Positions 15,231 through 30,240 are shown, counted from the first letter of the stretch. The stretch is 64,000 bases of DNA from the human T2T-CHM13v2.0 reference genome, Homo sapiens (GCF_009914755.1 NC_060929.1), one strand, 5' to 3'. The notes: a model not told the origin generated them from the letters alone. Translations and numbers: made by a program.

Positions 15231-15519
15231 AAACGCTAAGGCCCTCACTTGTTATACTTAGTAAACACAAGAGTTTAGCAATTAGTTGCTTAGTGGTTTT
15301 GTCTGATTCCTAAAATGAACATTACATAAAGACCGTACTAATTCAAATGATCTGGACAGGTAAGGAGTTGTTTCCTGACAAATCAGAAGCTCAACAGTGG
15401 CTTCTCATCATAAAGATTTCATGTGAGTTTCTCACCCCAGCATCACCCCTGTAACCCATTATTCCTATTTCCCCAGTTTAACTTTATGCACACTTGTATC
15501 TGGACAGATCAACGACTGT

Positions 15520-16110
15520 GGCTTTTGATGGTTCCACCACTGCATATAAAATAGAGTCTCAGCTTCTCAGCAAATGCCTTGTGATCTGGGCTGTGCTTAC
15601 CAATGAGCCACTTATCCCCATAACCCAGTCTCACAAAATTACTCGTCTGTTCTTTCAGATGTCTGGGCCTTCATTCCTGTGGTTCCCTTGCCTGTGTGTC
15701 CTCCTCTGTATTCAAACACTACTGAGCATCTTTCCGTAATTCATTTAAATGACTCCATTCCTGGCCTCCCAGTCTGGTAGGGCAGCTTTTTGCTCCATGC
15801 TCTCCCCATTGTAGTCCTTAGCAAAATGCATCCCCATTTTCTTTGTGTGGGCGTGGGTGTGGGTATGTTCTCCTCTATGCTGTGAGCCTCTTCAGAACAA
15901 GGCATCAGAAGTCCAAGTGACTTCCTTCCTAGTGGGCCCTTCCCTTCTGCTCTCCCAAGAGTCTCCTGTGGCTTCAGGCTCCTATTCCAGCCAATGCCTT
16001 GCTCTTAAGAGGCTCACATTAATTTAAGAGGCTTGCATTAATTTCTATAACCCCATGGCCAACACAGTACCAAGCACAGGAGAGGTGCCCTGTAAATGTT
16101 TGAATAAATA
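15520..16110 (+). mobile_element. L2 3' fragment containing a foreign insertion at about 15913-16042
   Basis: gctgtgagcctcttcag...ccaacacagtaccaagcacaggagaggtgccctgtaaatgtttgaataaata resembles the L2 tail. Confidence 0.6.
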
Positions 16111-16214
16111 TATGCAAGTCTAATCTAAGAACCTAAACCTAACTAGTGTTTAATCTCCGACATCATTAAGATGGTGCCCAGCCACCCCTTTGGTTGTATT
16201 TTCCTTTATTCTAG

Positions 16215-16450
16215 AGAACACTAGCTCTAGGAGAGTCTTTCCAGAGGAAAAAGTTCATGGTCAAGCATGCCTGGGAAGTGCTGTATATTAAGCTGTCTTT
16301 TTAGGCACATAGGAACATTAGTGCATTAAAGGATCTGAGAAGCCCTTGAGTGCTAAAACAGGTTTTTCTTTTTTCAGACCAGTGTTTCACAAAGCTACTT
16401 GATTATTAAACCTTTTCTCCAAGTAACACCTTATTCCCTTAGAAATGATT
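16215..16450. mobile_element. hAT-Charlie MITE (MER103C-like)
   Basis: gaacactag...ttcatggtcaagcatgcctgggaa...cattagtgcattaaaggatctgagaag...aaacagg...ccagtgtttc. Confidence 0.5.
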
Positions 16451-16669
16451 GCTCTGCAGAATTCTTTTGGAGTCACAGAAAGAGGAAGCTGATTAGTCTT
16501 ACCTCCCCATCCCCAAAGCCACAGGACAGGTCACTGGCAGAGAAGGAACAGGAATTGTGGTCATGGACTCTTGATGTGAAGACGGTTCTAGGGCCATATA
16601 AACAGAGTTTTTGATCTACCAGGAATAGTTGGTAGACTGGGCACTTATAGCCATGATTGAATGTCGTAG

Positions 16670-17180
16670 CTTGCAGAGCCTGTTTGATTGCAGAAACAGA
16701 AACTCAGCTCATGCCGGCTTATGGTCTGACATCAGACTCAGCTGTATCCAGAGCTCAAACTCACCAGGAAGCAGTCTTCCTCCATGTCTCTCAATTCTAC
16801 TTTCCTCTGTTGGGCCATATTATCAGACGTGCTCCAGATACATGGAGGTAGAATGACCTCTGACCATTCCCAACTTACTCTGCTAAGTGAGTACATCTAG
16901 CGGAATGAGTGCTTTTCTGACCTGATGGCTCCAGCCAGAGTCCCACAACTACAGTTGTCTCTCATTGGACCAGCATGGGCCATTCACCTAACCCTAAACC
17001 AGTCACTCAACCCCTAATTGGAACAGGACTAGGTCAAAAGATCCTTGGAACAGAAAGATGGATTTGTTCTACCTAAACCACAAGGAAATTATCATTGGAA
17101 AAGAGGCAGTTTTCCCAAGGAAATTAACCGGGATGCTATTGCCAGATGAAAGGAACTAGTGCAGACAAAATCACAAAGGC
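16670..17180 (-). mobile_element. Old MLT1 (K/L-like) MaLR LTR
   Basis: gattgcagaaacagaaactc...tctcattggaccagcatgggcc...cctaaaccagtcact...ttcccaaggaaatt. Confidence 0.55.
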
Positions 17181-17199
17181 ATCATTTAGCAAGAACAGC

Positions 17200-17400
17200 A
17201 TAGATGTCGATTAAGCAGGAGACATAGGCACTATGCTAAACATTTTCAATGTATTATATACAATTATTTTCCCCATTTTGCACTGAAGTCTAGTGAAGTA
17301 AAGTGGTTCACTCAAGGTCACGTGCAAGTCAGTGAAGGAGCTGAGGCTTAGCCTCGGGTGATTTGACTCTGAAGTCTGACCTCTTAACCACTGGGCTGGG
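17200..17400 (-). mobile_element. MIR SINE
   Basis: ccccatttt...ctcaaggtcacg...tgactctgaagtctgacctcttaaccact. Confidence 0.7.
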
Positions 17401-17464
17401 ACTGCTTCAGTATCAGCTCCTTGTTTCCCTGTCTGAACTCTTTTCTTGTTCACAGGACTTTTAA

Positions 17465-17792
<328 letters not shown>

Positions 17793-18417
17793 TATTTTGC
17801 TTTCTTAATAATCACATTTTGTAGTAATGAAATGAACCTGGGTCATTCAAATTTGCTGCATTTTCAAATGCCTCTCCTCCTCCTCCCCCAATCTGTTCTT
17901 CTGAAACAGCATCTTGTTTCTAATGAGTGATCCAGTGGGAGTGGGTCTTACTTTGCCTGAGCAGACTTATGATGCTTTGGGTGGACAGATGGATCTGGCA
18001 GGCTTCATGGGCAGCAAGCACCCCCAAGCCTTTCCTTTCTCTCCCATCTCTTCATTAACCACTTCCCTTTCTATTTGCATATCTCAGAGACCTTTCCCAG
18101 GACCAGCTTGGGGCCCGGAAATGTGATGTTTTGGAGGATGACCCCAACCAAGTGACTTCCTGCCTAGTGGGCCCTTCCCTTCTGCTCTTCTGAGGGTCCC
18201 CTGATGCTTCAGTCTCCTTTTTCAACCATCTGCATCCCCCATCCTAGCTGACTCATGCTCAGGAAACTTCTCAGCCCCCATTTAGACATTCCTCTAGAAT
18301 CTGAGGTGCACAGAGAGCTTAGCAATATATGTGCCACCGTGGTGACATGGGAAGACTTATTTGCAGAATACAATGAAGAGTTTAAGAGAATTTGGAAAAG
18401 AAAAGGGAATTAGCACT

Positions 18418-18935
18418 TGTGTATAAGTTATCTATTGCTCTGTAACACATTGCCTCAAAACTTGTGTCTTAAATCTACAATAGTTTATTATTGTCTACAA
18501 TTCTATAGGTTGACTGGGTGACTCCTCTGCTGGCCTAGTCTGTGATCACTGATAGGGCTACATTCAGCTGAATGGTCAGATGGCCTCACTCATGTGCCTG
18601 CTCATTGGTGCCCCACTTCTGGGGACCTCAGTTCTCCTCGACACGACCTCTTATCCTTCAGTATCTAGGCGGCCTTGCCCACATGGTGGTCTCCAAATGG
18701 CATCCCAACAGAGTGAAGGAGGAAGCTGCAAGCCTTAGGAGGTTTAGGCTTTAGAACTTGGCACAGTGTCATTTCTAGAACATTCAATTTGTCAAAGCAA
18801 GCCACAGGCCAGCCCAGACTCAAGAGAATGGGAAGTAAATTCCATCTCTGGATGAAAGGAGCAAAAAAGGTACATTGCAAAGGGATGTGCATATTGGGAT
18901 GGGCAGAACTGGTGGCCCCTAAACAAGCCACCACA
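18418..18935 (-). mobile_element. MLT1 (H-like) MaLR solo LTR
   Basis: Begins tgt...gttatctattgctctgtaac, contains gtcaaagcaagccacaggccagcccagactcaag, ends ccaccaca. Confidence 0.75.
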
Positions 18936-19279
18936 ACCTGCATGGTCTTTACTGCATATTCACTTAGTAAGACAGTGGACAGGGCAGCACTGGACAAGGA
19001 AGGCAGATGGACAGCAGATACACGGCACATCCAAGATTATAACTAAGTAGTTCTTCTTCTCAAACACATCCAGATTTCAGAGCTGCTACTCTGTGAGGTC
19101 TTTGTAGATAACAATTAGAGGCAATCTAAGGGAAAGGAGCTGCCTGTGAGGTGGTAAGCTCCTCGTCTCTGGCATAGCTTTTACTCATAGATATGGAGCT
19201 TATATTCTAGGCGAGAAGACAAACCACTGGACAAGAAGTCAACCTGGAGTGTGAGAAAAGTATGTACTGTGAACCAAGG

Positions 19280-19540
19280 AGAGGCAGTAGGATATACAGA
19301 GCTTCAGAATCTGGTAATTCTGCATTAAAATCCTAGCTCTGCAAATACCTACAAGCAGTGTGACCCCAGGTGAGTTACCTGTTTATTGTGGGCCTCAGTT
19401 TCCTTGTCAATAAATTGGGAGTAATGATAGCACCCATTCATTGGAAATTTTGCAAAGTATAAAATAATAATTCACATACAGGAAGTGCTCAATAAATGGC
19501 AATTACTGGTATGTTGTTGCCATTATTGTTACGATTATCA
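19280..19540 (+). mobile_element. MIR SINE
   Basis: gtgtgacc...gcctcagtttcctt...gtgctcaataaatgg. Confidence 0.75.
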
Positions 19541-19554
19541 TTGCTACAACATGA

Positions 19555-20030
19555 TATATGTGTTTGCTTCCCTAACATCCATTCTTACCTTCTGCACTTT
19601 GAGTGGGATTAACCTTACTCCAGTCCAGGGATTGGCTTTGAATGTCTAAGCCAGTTAGGGTAATTCCCTCCCCCTTGTCACATGATTAGTTCAAACTCTA
19701 GCACGAATCCCAGTTCTCAACCAATCAGCATATACCATACCCTGGCCACGCACAGTGACTAGTTTAGAGGTGGTCATGTGGCCTAAGGCAACCCAATCAG
19801 AGTGAAGCTCATGACTTTGCTTTGATAGTTGTGAGAAAAGACATCCCTCTGTCACTCCTTGAGTATGACCAAGGAGGCAGTTAGCCCCAGCAATGGTTGT
19901 AAAAGGGTGTAATTTGTAAGTAGTCATCTTGTAACCATGAGGAAAACCATCCTGGGGATAAAGCTGGCTCACAGAAGACTGAAGAGCTAAGAGAATCTCA
20001 AAGAAATGATCTCGAAGTCACTTCACCTGG
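19555..20030 (+). mobile_element. MLT1K-like MaLR LTR
   Basis: ccaatcagcatataccat..cctggccac...ggtcatgtggcctaag..ccaatcagagtgaa...catcttgtaaccatgagg. Confidence 0.6.
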
Positions 20031-20069
20031 GAGAAATGATGGAATCATTTCCCCCTTATCAATTACCCT

Positions 20070-20950
20070 TTATTGAGAACATACTATATATGAGGGATAG
20101 GGCTCATTGCTTTAAAAATGGTATTTCTAATTCTCACAACAAGCCTACAGGGTGATTTGATTACTACTTCCATTTTACAGCTAAGCAAAATAAGGCTCAA
20201 GGTCACTTGAGGACCTGAACTTGAGCTGCTAGACCCTAAAGAAGTGTACTGATTATTTAGCACCATTTGAGTAAATGAACAAAAGGTTGAGTTCCAGCCC
20301 CATCTCACTCCATCTGATAGATAAAGAAATTGAGATGCAGAGAGAGAAATAAGAACACAGGCCCAGGGCCCAGCCTCCTCCCTCTGCCTATGCTCTTGAC
20401 CTGCCTGAATATTTGCACCCCCAATCATTGCTCAAGTGGATCCCATTCAGGTGCTGCCCGACTGAGATCTTAAAGGTCCCCATTGAGGCTCAAACTCAGT
20501 GTTCAGGTTTCCATTTGCAAAAGACAAGGCTAGAGATATGCACATCTCTGTCTCCAATCCATTTCTTTCATATTTGTTACCATCAAAAGGAACAAAATAC
20601 CCTTAGCAAAGTACAGAAAGAGACTTACTATTACAGAGAAGCCAACCATTGGAGGGAAGAGAGACCCAAGAAGCAAGTTATTTTAACCTGAATGAAGGTG
20701 AACGAATAAAATTAACACTTATTGAGTGCCTTCTATAAACCAGATAGTTTCATAAAAGCACTTAACATAAAGTATCTCACTTAAGCCTAACCACTCTGCA
20801 GCCCAACCCAATGATACCATCCCCATTTCACAGATAATGAAACAAAGTAGGAAAAGTTAAGGAACTTGTCCCAGGCCCCACTGTTTATCGGTGGCAGAGA
20901 CAAGATCGAAACCTTGGTATGTGCTTCCAAAGCCTGCGTGCTTACCACTT
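20070..20950 (-). mobile_element. Two MIR copies (about 20070-20270 and 20700-20950)
   Basis: ccattttacag and ccccatttcacagat cores with tattgag...actat / cttattgagtgcc tails. Confidence 0.7.
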
Positions 20951-22779
20951 TGCAGGTGCCTCTTTGAAATTGCTTCCCCTCCCACTAACTGGCTCACCAG
21001 GCAACCAGGGGGCAAATCAAATAATGGCTGTCAGTTTGTGCTGGACTTCACCATGTAATGAGGCATTTGGGGAATGCAAATTCTGTTCTACGAGTGGAGC
21101 ACAAATGTGAACATTATAGCATTAGACTCGAGGCTTCCTCCTGAGACTGGGATAATACCTTGCAGTGCTTTCTCTGCTGGAATTCCAGAGGTTAAGCCTC
21201 TGAAAAAGACATGATCAGAAGGAGTGGCAAACTCAGGAGTAAGAGGTTCATACGCCCAGTCATGGGGGAAAAAAAAAAAAAAAAGCCATGTAATCATGAA
21301 GAGTGAGAACCGTAAATAGAACAAACTTTCCCTGGGCACGTATATGGAAGCACCCCTCCCAGTCAGTTCCCAGGATTACGGATAGTTCACTGACACAGGC
21401 AGGGTCACCGAGTTCCTGGCATCTGAATGTTGCTTTTATGGACTTTTCCCAAAATTCATCCATGAAAATGATTGCTGAAGCCCAGGCAGAGCTCAGTGTC
21501 CAAAGGAACAACTAAAAAGGAAACCCACAGACATGGGTCATTTGGTCCTGGCAGATCCTTGCCAGATGACTTCAAATATATCTTCTCCCTTAAACTTCAC
21601 ATCCAGACGGAAAAACTAATATTACTTTTTCCACTTTCCAGTTGAGATAACTGAGTCTTGGGGAGAATTTCTTATAATTATGCAGCTGATAAGTGGCTGA
21701 GCCAGACTAGAACCTCATTTCTTCTCTTATCTCGTTGCCATCCCCACTGTCCCTGACTTTATGCAGAAGCTCCGACTCAGGTGGAAATGGCCCCCAACAC
21801 TGTCACCTGGTCTTGCTGGCCACCCAAGATGCCCCAGAGCCACCATTTACAGGGTGTTTTCCACTTGTGGTCATACCAGTCCCCTGAGGGTCATTGGGCA
21901 AGCTGAACAGGCTCTTCTGTGATTTTCAGGCCTGGATCCCCACTGAGCCCCTCTTTCTTCAAGGTCAAATTTATTGATCCAGATTCTTTCACGACCTGCC
22001 TGCTTGTCCTCAAGGCCGCCACATTCAATTGCAACCTCTTCTTGAAAGCTTTTCTTCACTTCTCCGAAGCCTGATCAAGTACTGTGTGTCAAAGCACTTC
22101 CCTATTTAGTACTTGATGTGAGAGAAACCACTTCTCTGGAGACTGCACCCGTCTTAGAAAGAGCCTGCAAACCCTGACATGGGAGCCTCGAAGGTCCACC
22201 TCTGATTGGTCTAAGAGTAAATGTAAGATCTAATCTGGGCCAATCAGAATGTCTCTCTGGCAATAGGAACATATTTTCTAGAAAGTGGGGAGAGAGGCTG
22301 GGGGCACTCTAGACAGAATGATTATGAGTGGCCTTGGTCAGGGTACCCTGTTATTTCTTCTCTCCCAAAGCCTTGTCATTCCATGGCATACTCAACGTAC
22401 ATCCAATAGGTTTTTCTTTTGTTCACGACGGCTATAGTAGCTTTCTGTAATATGCAACCAAAGCAAAAATGCTGTATTTACTTGCTTGTTCTTCTTACCT
22501 TCCCACTTCACCAAACTCTCTGAACACAACTTTGTCCTAAATGCTCGGCTCAGAGAAAATACTGAATCAGGATGAGTGAATAAATGGCTGATAGCCTCAT
22601 TTTTCCACTTTCTTTCCTCCCAGACATCTACATGCTTCTACATCCTTTTCTTTATATATTTTCTCTCAAAGCATGCTATTAAGCAACTATTCTCTTCCAA
22701 GATCTTGCTAGAACAATAAAGAGCACAAGGATGCATCATGCAGGGGCCCGTCCTTGTGTACTTGGAGTCTAGGTGACTA

Positions 22780-22990
22780 AAGCAGATATTGGATGCCTAC
22801 TGCATGCTGTGCAAAAGCACTTTTACATATCATCTCATTAAAATCTCACACCACCTTGGAGAAAGGTGTTATTATACCTGCTTTACAGAAAGGAAACCTG
22901 AGCCTCAGAGTTGAAGTGACTTGCTCAGTGCCATACAAGTAATAAGTGATGGGGTTGAGATTTGGTCCAAGCTTTGTCCATTTCCAGGGC
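22780..22990 (-). mobile_element. MIR SINE
   Basis: tttacagaaaggaaacctgagcctcagagttgaagtgacttgctca. Confidence 0.7.
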
Positions 22991-23435
22991 CCACTGGGGC
23001 CAGGCTAGTCAAGGATTAGAGGCTATTGCAGCCTGGAGAAGGTTCTCTTGGTCAAGTGGTAGAAGCTGGAGAGGAGAAGACAGCAGAAATCTGCTAAAGG
23101 AGATGTGTCAGCAGATTGGGAAAGGGAGTTTTCTCTGGGTCCCTGGAGCTGTCCACTGGAGAACCAGCTGTCTGGGGACAATCCTGGATACAGGCCCCAA
23201 ACATTCCTTACTTACAGCTCTTATCTCCCTTTCTAATGGTAAAAAATGATGCCAAATGACAAATAGAAGGAAAGGGCTCCTTTCCAGGTACCAGCGAATG
23301 ATCCAGGCGTCAATATTTCAGGACAGTACCAAGCGCAAGTGGCCTCATGTTCTCTCAAGTCTGGTTGGGTCAACCCAAGAGGCCACTGGGATGCCTTCAA
23401 ATGTATCTTGTATTTATTCTGGAGCTAAACTATTT

Positions 23436-24000
23436 CTGTATTAGTCAGGTTTCTTTTGGCAGAAGTCAAATGCAACGTGGCTTAAAGAAAACAAAAATGA
23501 AATTTATTGACTCTTATAAGTAAAAGGCCAGAGATAAGGATGTTTCAGAGGATGGATGGTTTCAGATTCTCAGTCAGTGTCCTCAGAAATCTAGCTCTTC
23601 CCATCACTTTATCGGCTTTCCTCTGTGTTGGCTTTACCCTCATACGGTAGCTACAAAACCCCCTAATGCCTTCAAAGTTTGTCTACCAGCTTGAAAATGC
23701 CATGTAAAATAACTACCTCTTTCTAAATAGCTCTAGCAACATTCCTGGATTGATGCAATTGGCTCTGATTGGTCAGACATGTAATATGTGCTCATTCCAG
23801 ATTCAATTTCTTAAGGCATCTAGGGTGTCTGTAGACCAGTCCTGGGCTGTAAACCCATTCTTGGAGCTATAGTTCGGGTAAACACCCTGGGCTGACCATG
23901 CAAAGTAATAGTGAAAAAGAGATATTTTCTAGTTCCTCAAAGGAGTATCCAGGTGTTGTTCTCAAGAGAAGGAGGAATAGATGATGGGAAGGCAAAACAG
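23436..24000 (-). mobile_element. MLT1K/L-like MaLR LTR
   Basis: tgtattagtcagg start, tggcttaaag...aatttattgactc, ctttcctctgtgttggcttt, ctctgattggtcagac. Confidence 0.65.
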
Positions 24001-24045
24001 TAGGGCTGAGTAACCTGGAGAAATATTTATTCACTCGTTCCTTTA

Positions 24046-24435
<390 letters not shown>

Positions 24436-24582
24436 CTATTGCTCTTTATAGCCTAAAAGGTGCTGTCACCTTCATTACCTCATTTAATCTCTATTTTAAC
24501 TCTGCATGATGTCGACAGCCCTACTTTATAGTGAGAAAACTGAAGTTCAGAGAGATAAAGTCATTAGTCTAAATTTCCTTGG

Positions 24583-25397
24583 TGTGATGGACTGGATTCT
24601 TCTACTTTTTTTGTTTTATGGGGTGTTTTTTGTTTTTGTTTTTTTTTTTAAGAGACAGGGTCTCACTCTGTCACCTAAGCTAGAGTGGAGTGGAGCAATC
24701 ATAGCTCACTGCTGCCCTGACCTCCTGGACTCAAGCAATCCTCTTGCCTCAGCCTCTCAAGTAGCTGGGACTACAGGCATGCACCACTGTGCCTGGCTAA
24801 TGTTTTTTTGGTAAAGATGGAATTCACTACACTGCCCAACCTGGTCATAAAATCCTAGGCTCAAGCAATCCTCCCACCTTGGCCTCCCAAAACATTGAGA
24901 TTAGAGGCATGAGCCACCATGCTTGGCCTAGATTGGATTCTTTATCTCAAATCTGCCACTCTTCCCTGTAACAGGATTATAAATCCATGCCCTTTGTCAT
25001 GTAATTTGGCAGGTCTCTTGGTATGCCCACCTTTGACTCTGGGCTAACAGAGTGAAAATGGATGTGATGTGCACCACATCTCAAGGGAAGCTTAAAATGT
25101 GCTTACAAGTTTCACTTGCCTATTGAGCTCCTATGCTCTGCCATCAGAAGAGCATGCCCCAGAAAGCAATGGCTCCAGAATATGCTCAACTAGAAATGGG
25201 TTCTTGAGACTCACTCCCAGATTAAAGAAGCATTCAGAAAAGGCTTGAACTCAACCTACTGCGGGAAGCCAAGTCCAGCGGAACTCATCAGAACCACAGC
25301 TGACACACAGATCTGAGGACAAGAAGATCGTATTTGTTGTTGTAAGCCACTGAGATTTAAGGGGTGTTTGTTACACAACAAACACTGACTAATGTAC
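24583..25397 (+). mobile_element. MLT1 (H/I-like) LTR interrupted by an Alu
   Basis: tgtgatggactggattc start; ends gttgtaagccactgagattt...gtttgttacaca...ctgactaat. Confidence 0.65.
24606..24928 (-). mobile_element. Alu (AluJ-like)
   Basis: gagacagggtctcactctgtcac...atcatagctcactgc...gctcaagcaatcctccc; TSD-like ga(c/t)tggattctt. Confidence 0.93.
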
Positions 25398-26022
25398 ATA
25401 ACTAATAAGCTTATAAATCAGGGTTTTGGAGGCTGATCTAATACAGCAACACAGAGCATGGAGAAAGGGTTTTGAATGCCAGCTACCAATTTAGACTTCA
25501 CCCTGAGGATAGTTGGAACTACTGAAAGGAATGACCTAGTTAGGTACATGTGTTAGCACACTAGGTCTAGTGCTTTCGTGAACAAGGCTGTGAACAGGAA
25601 ACCCAAGGAGAAGGTGGGATCTAAGGTCCAGGAAGAAAAATGATAAGAGATGCAATGATGACAGCCCATACACGAATGCAGTTTTTCTGTCCAGCTGCTG
25701 CAGCTTCATAATTGCTCAATTCAGTTAAAATCATCAAATTAACAAGACCAGGCTAATCTCTTATGATATCTGCCAAAAATAAGTCTATTGAGTAACCTAT
25801 ACAATTGGCAACAATAGATTTTTTTTAATCCATTATCTCCTTTCTGCTTAGAATTCATTTGATTGTAATGACTAAACACAATTCAGTGTTGCATTTTATA
25901 CATGCATCAAATACTAGCTCCAATTTCTGACAAAGTGCTCATGAAACACAGCTACTTCATTTATGTTCATTTGTATGCAGCACAACTGACTTTGGAACAG
26001 GTAACATTAAAAGTGATCCTGG

Positions 26023-26321
26023 GACCGAGTGCAGTGGCTCATGCCTGTAATCCCAGCACTTTGGGAGACCAAGGCAGGCGGATCACCTGAGGTCAGGACT
26101 TCCCGATCAGCTTGGCCAACATGGTGAAACCCAGTCTCCGCTAAAATTACAAAAATTAGCCAGGTGTGGCGGTTCATGCCTGTAATCCCAGCTACTCGGG
26201 AGGCTGAGGCAGGAGAATCGCTTGAACTGGGGGAGGTTGCAGTGAGCCGAGATCACACCACTGCACTCCAGTCTGGGCAACAGAGTAAGACTCTGTCTCA
26301 GAAAAAATAAAAATAAAAAAA
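26023..26321 (+). mobile_element. Alu (AluSx-like)
   Basis: cggatcacctgaggtcagg...; A-rich tail. Confidence 0.95.
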
Positions 26322-26371
26322 GAAGTGGTACTAGAATATATATGACATATATTTTAAAGATAAACAGCCAT

Positions 26372-26682
26372 GGCCAGGTGTGGTGGCTCACGCCTATAAT
26401 CCCAGCACTTTGGGAGGCTGAGGCAGGCAGATCACTTGAGTTCAAGAGTTCGGTTAACAGCCTGGCCAACATGCTGAAACCCCGTCTCTACCAAAAACAG
26501 AAAAATTAGCTGGGCATGGTAGTACACCCCTGTAGTCCAAATTACTGGGGAGGCTGACACAGGAGAATTGCTTGAATCCCAGAGGTGGATGGTTGCAGTG
26601 AGCTGAGATCACACCACTGCACTCCAGCCTGGGTAACAGAGCCAGACTCCCTCTCAAGAAAAAAAAAAAAAAAAAAAAAAAA
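26372..26682 (+). mobile_element. Alu (AluS-like) with perfect TSD
   Basis: TSD aaagataaacagccat on both sides; long A tail. Confidence 0.95.
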
Positions 26683-27204
26683 GATAAACAGCCATGCTTT
26701 TTAAAAAAAACTTAATGAATTTTAGAACCAATGTTAACTTCTGAAAATAAGTGTTTGCAGAGGGCCTTTAAACATGGGGGTTCACATTCAGATTCCGCAT
26801 ATTGTAAGCCTTGCATTCTGCCAGTCTTCTACTTTATCTATTTATCTCTCTTAACCCATATGATTATGTGCATTTTACCGATGAAGAAATTGAGACTTGG
26901 GGAAGTAACAGGACTTGGGGGTACGAAAGGGGAGCATTAAGAAGAAATGTTAATGTAATAAGCTGCTTAGCAGGGCTACTTGGACAGTTCCTTTCAAAAA
27001 AAAAATTAATTTTTAAAGCCTACTTCTCTGAGCCTCAGTTTCCTTATTTGACAAAAGGGTATGAAGAGATCAATGTCATAGTGTTGCCATAAAGGTGAAG
27101 TATATAGTGTGCATTTGTCATTCTTGTTGCCCTTCTAGCACCTGTAAAAGCCCTTTTAAGTTAGAAAACTTCCTTGCCATGTGAATTTTGACTCCCTAAT
27201 TCAC

Positions 27205-27960
<756 letters not shown>

Positions 27961-27961
27961 T

Positions 27962-28260
27962 TCTCTTAGTCTGTTTTATGCTGCTATTACAGAAGATCAC
28001 AGACTGGGTAATTTATTTAAAAAAAAACAAACAAACAGGAATGTATTATCTCACAGTTCCAGAGCCTGGCAAGTCTATGATCAAGGCACCAGCATCTGGT
28101 ATTGGCCTCCTTGCCATGCCCTCATGGCAGAAGGTGGAAGAATGAAAGGGAATAAACTGTGTGTCTTCACATTGCAGAAGGGCAGAAGAGAGAGAGCCCA
28201 CTCTTGCAACCCCATTTTATAGTGGCATTAATCCATTAATGAGCGCTCTGCCCTCATACG
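27962..28260 (-). mobile_element. MSTC/D-like MaLR LTR fragment
   Basis: cttagtctgttttatgctgctat...cacagactgggtaattt...gatcaaggcaccagcatctgg...cattaatccatt. Confidence 0.75.
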
Positions 28261-28419
28261 CTTTCATTTCTCTAACTAGCTTTTCCAGGCTCCCTTGCAG
28301 CTAGGGTACAGGCACATAACCAAGGCTTCACCAATCACAGCCCTAGCCATAATACTTCTGTTAATCCCCATGGCAGCTCTATCAGATGGACACCATTGCT
28401 ATCTATAGCAATAAGTCGT

Positions 28420-28625
28420 ACCATCTTCCATTTATTGAACATTTGCCACATGTTCAGCAGTGGATTTTGTCACATAATCCTCACAACAACCCTCTGGGGT
28501 AGGCACTATTATTTTCCCCATTTTACAGATGAGCAAAGAGGTTAAGTCATTAGCACACCGGAAAACAACAAAGCCAGGATTTGAACCCAGGCAGCCTGAC
28601 ACCAGAGGCTGCCTGCTTAACTGTT
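28420..28625 (-). mobile_element. MIR SINE
   Basis: ccccattttacagatgagcaaagaggttaagtc...ggatttgaacccaggcagcctgac. Confidence 0.85.
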
Positions 28626-28859
28626 GTCTCTTCATGTTCTGAAAAGTGGCAGAATTTGGTCCCTAAGTTCAGATCTAGTTGCACATGTCCTGTTTTAAGA
28701 GCCACAGTGTGCTCTTCCTCTAACGATAATCAGCAGCACATTGTATCACTAATATGCGAGTGGAGCCACAGCAGAAAGCATCTGCCAGGTCTCAGAGCAC
28801 TGACAGGCACTATCACCAGAGCAGCGCTCTGCAGCCTCTGGAGGTCACTGACATCCACA

Positions 28860-29290
28860 GTTCCATGTAATCATCTGGTCACCAGGCAAAGGGAGGATCA
28901 TCAACCTCCTACTGACAGTTGGGGAAACAGAGGCTCAGAGAGGTGCAGTCACTTTCTCAAGCTTGCACAGAGTGAGTCCCAGAAGCCAGGACTCCATTCT
29001 CACCAGGCCATTGGTCAGTGCTGAGCCCTCTCCAAGCCCTGACTCCAACCACCACAGGCCCCAGGCTCCACGGGTGGTGGTTGAAGAGAGTAAGAGCTTG
29101 CCATTGCCCTGAGTGGTAGTGCAGGGTTGTCGGTGGGCTCTAGGACCTATCAAGCTCTGGATCAAATCTCAGCTCTTTCATTTGTCACCTCTGCAACTTG
29201 GAGAAATTCTTTATTCTGAGTTTGTCTCCCATTTTGTAAAATGTTGAAAGGATAATATTCCCTCGATAGGACTACTGTGAAAATTGCTTG
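28860..29290. mobile_element. Two MIR fragments in opposite orientation (minus about 28860-29000, plus about 29070-29290)
   Basis: gggaaacagaggctcagagagg versus ggatcaaatctcagctct...tttgtaaaatg..gataata. Confidence 0.6.
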
Positions 29291-29859
29291 CTAGAAAGGT
29301 TGCTGCAGATTATACTCTTGCTAGCAGTATATGAAAAGTACCCATTTTCCAGCATCTTATGCAAAGGTATCTGGTTTTTAAGAAGCTGATAAAAGCCCAG
29401 GAATGTGCAGATATTTTCACCACTGACTCTGAAAACTGACAAAAGAAAAATCAGAGATTAATTTGTTTCTCCCCAAGTTATCGTATATAAATAACCACTT
29501 TGCTACAAATTAGTTGGAGACGAACTTTCTGCCTCAAAAATCTAGCACAAGGACTTTATGCTTTATTTTGACAAGTGAATTTAAGACAGTATTTGCAGCT
29601 TCATACATTTATTCTAATTATTTCAGCGTGTTTGTTTTTTTCTTCATGTTTTATATAGATACCAAATTTAGCTACATGCTACAGACAAAATTGCTGCAGA
29701 ATTCTGATGACATGTATATTCCTACTACTGTCCTCTCCCTCAACAGTTCTTAGAGAATAAGAGAGTATTGGCTGGAAGATGGGGAATTAAATAGGATAGG
29801 GGTCACATGTGTTATATTTCGAGGGACCAGTTTGTTCCATGAACCTTCATGCCAAGGCC

Positions 29860-30192
29860 TCTGTATGTGGGGCCCCAGTGCTGAATAAAATTTTGATCCT
29901 CTAGATTAATAAGGCAGGGTCTCTGTCCTTGAGAATCGCATCTAGTGGAGGAAGCAGGCTAGAAAAGAAAGGTTTGCTAGGGAATGCCATGAGGCTAACA
30001 GAGATGTAAAGAAGCACAGAAGACGGCCCCACTAAATAGAAATCAGAGGAGGTAAAAAGGCAGCTTGAGCTGCCAGGTCCAGCAAGTGAGGGTAGACAGC
30101 TCCAGGCAAAGGATACAGCATGGGCAAAGGCAGGGAGGCATGAGAGTTCACAGTAAGCTTGAGAAAGCCAAGAATCTAAAGTGGTTAGAATC

Positions 30193-30240
<48 letters not shown>

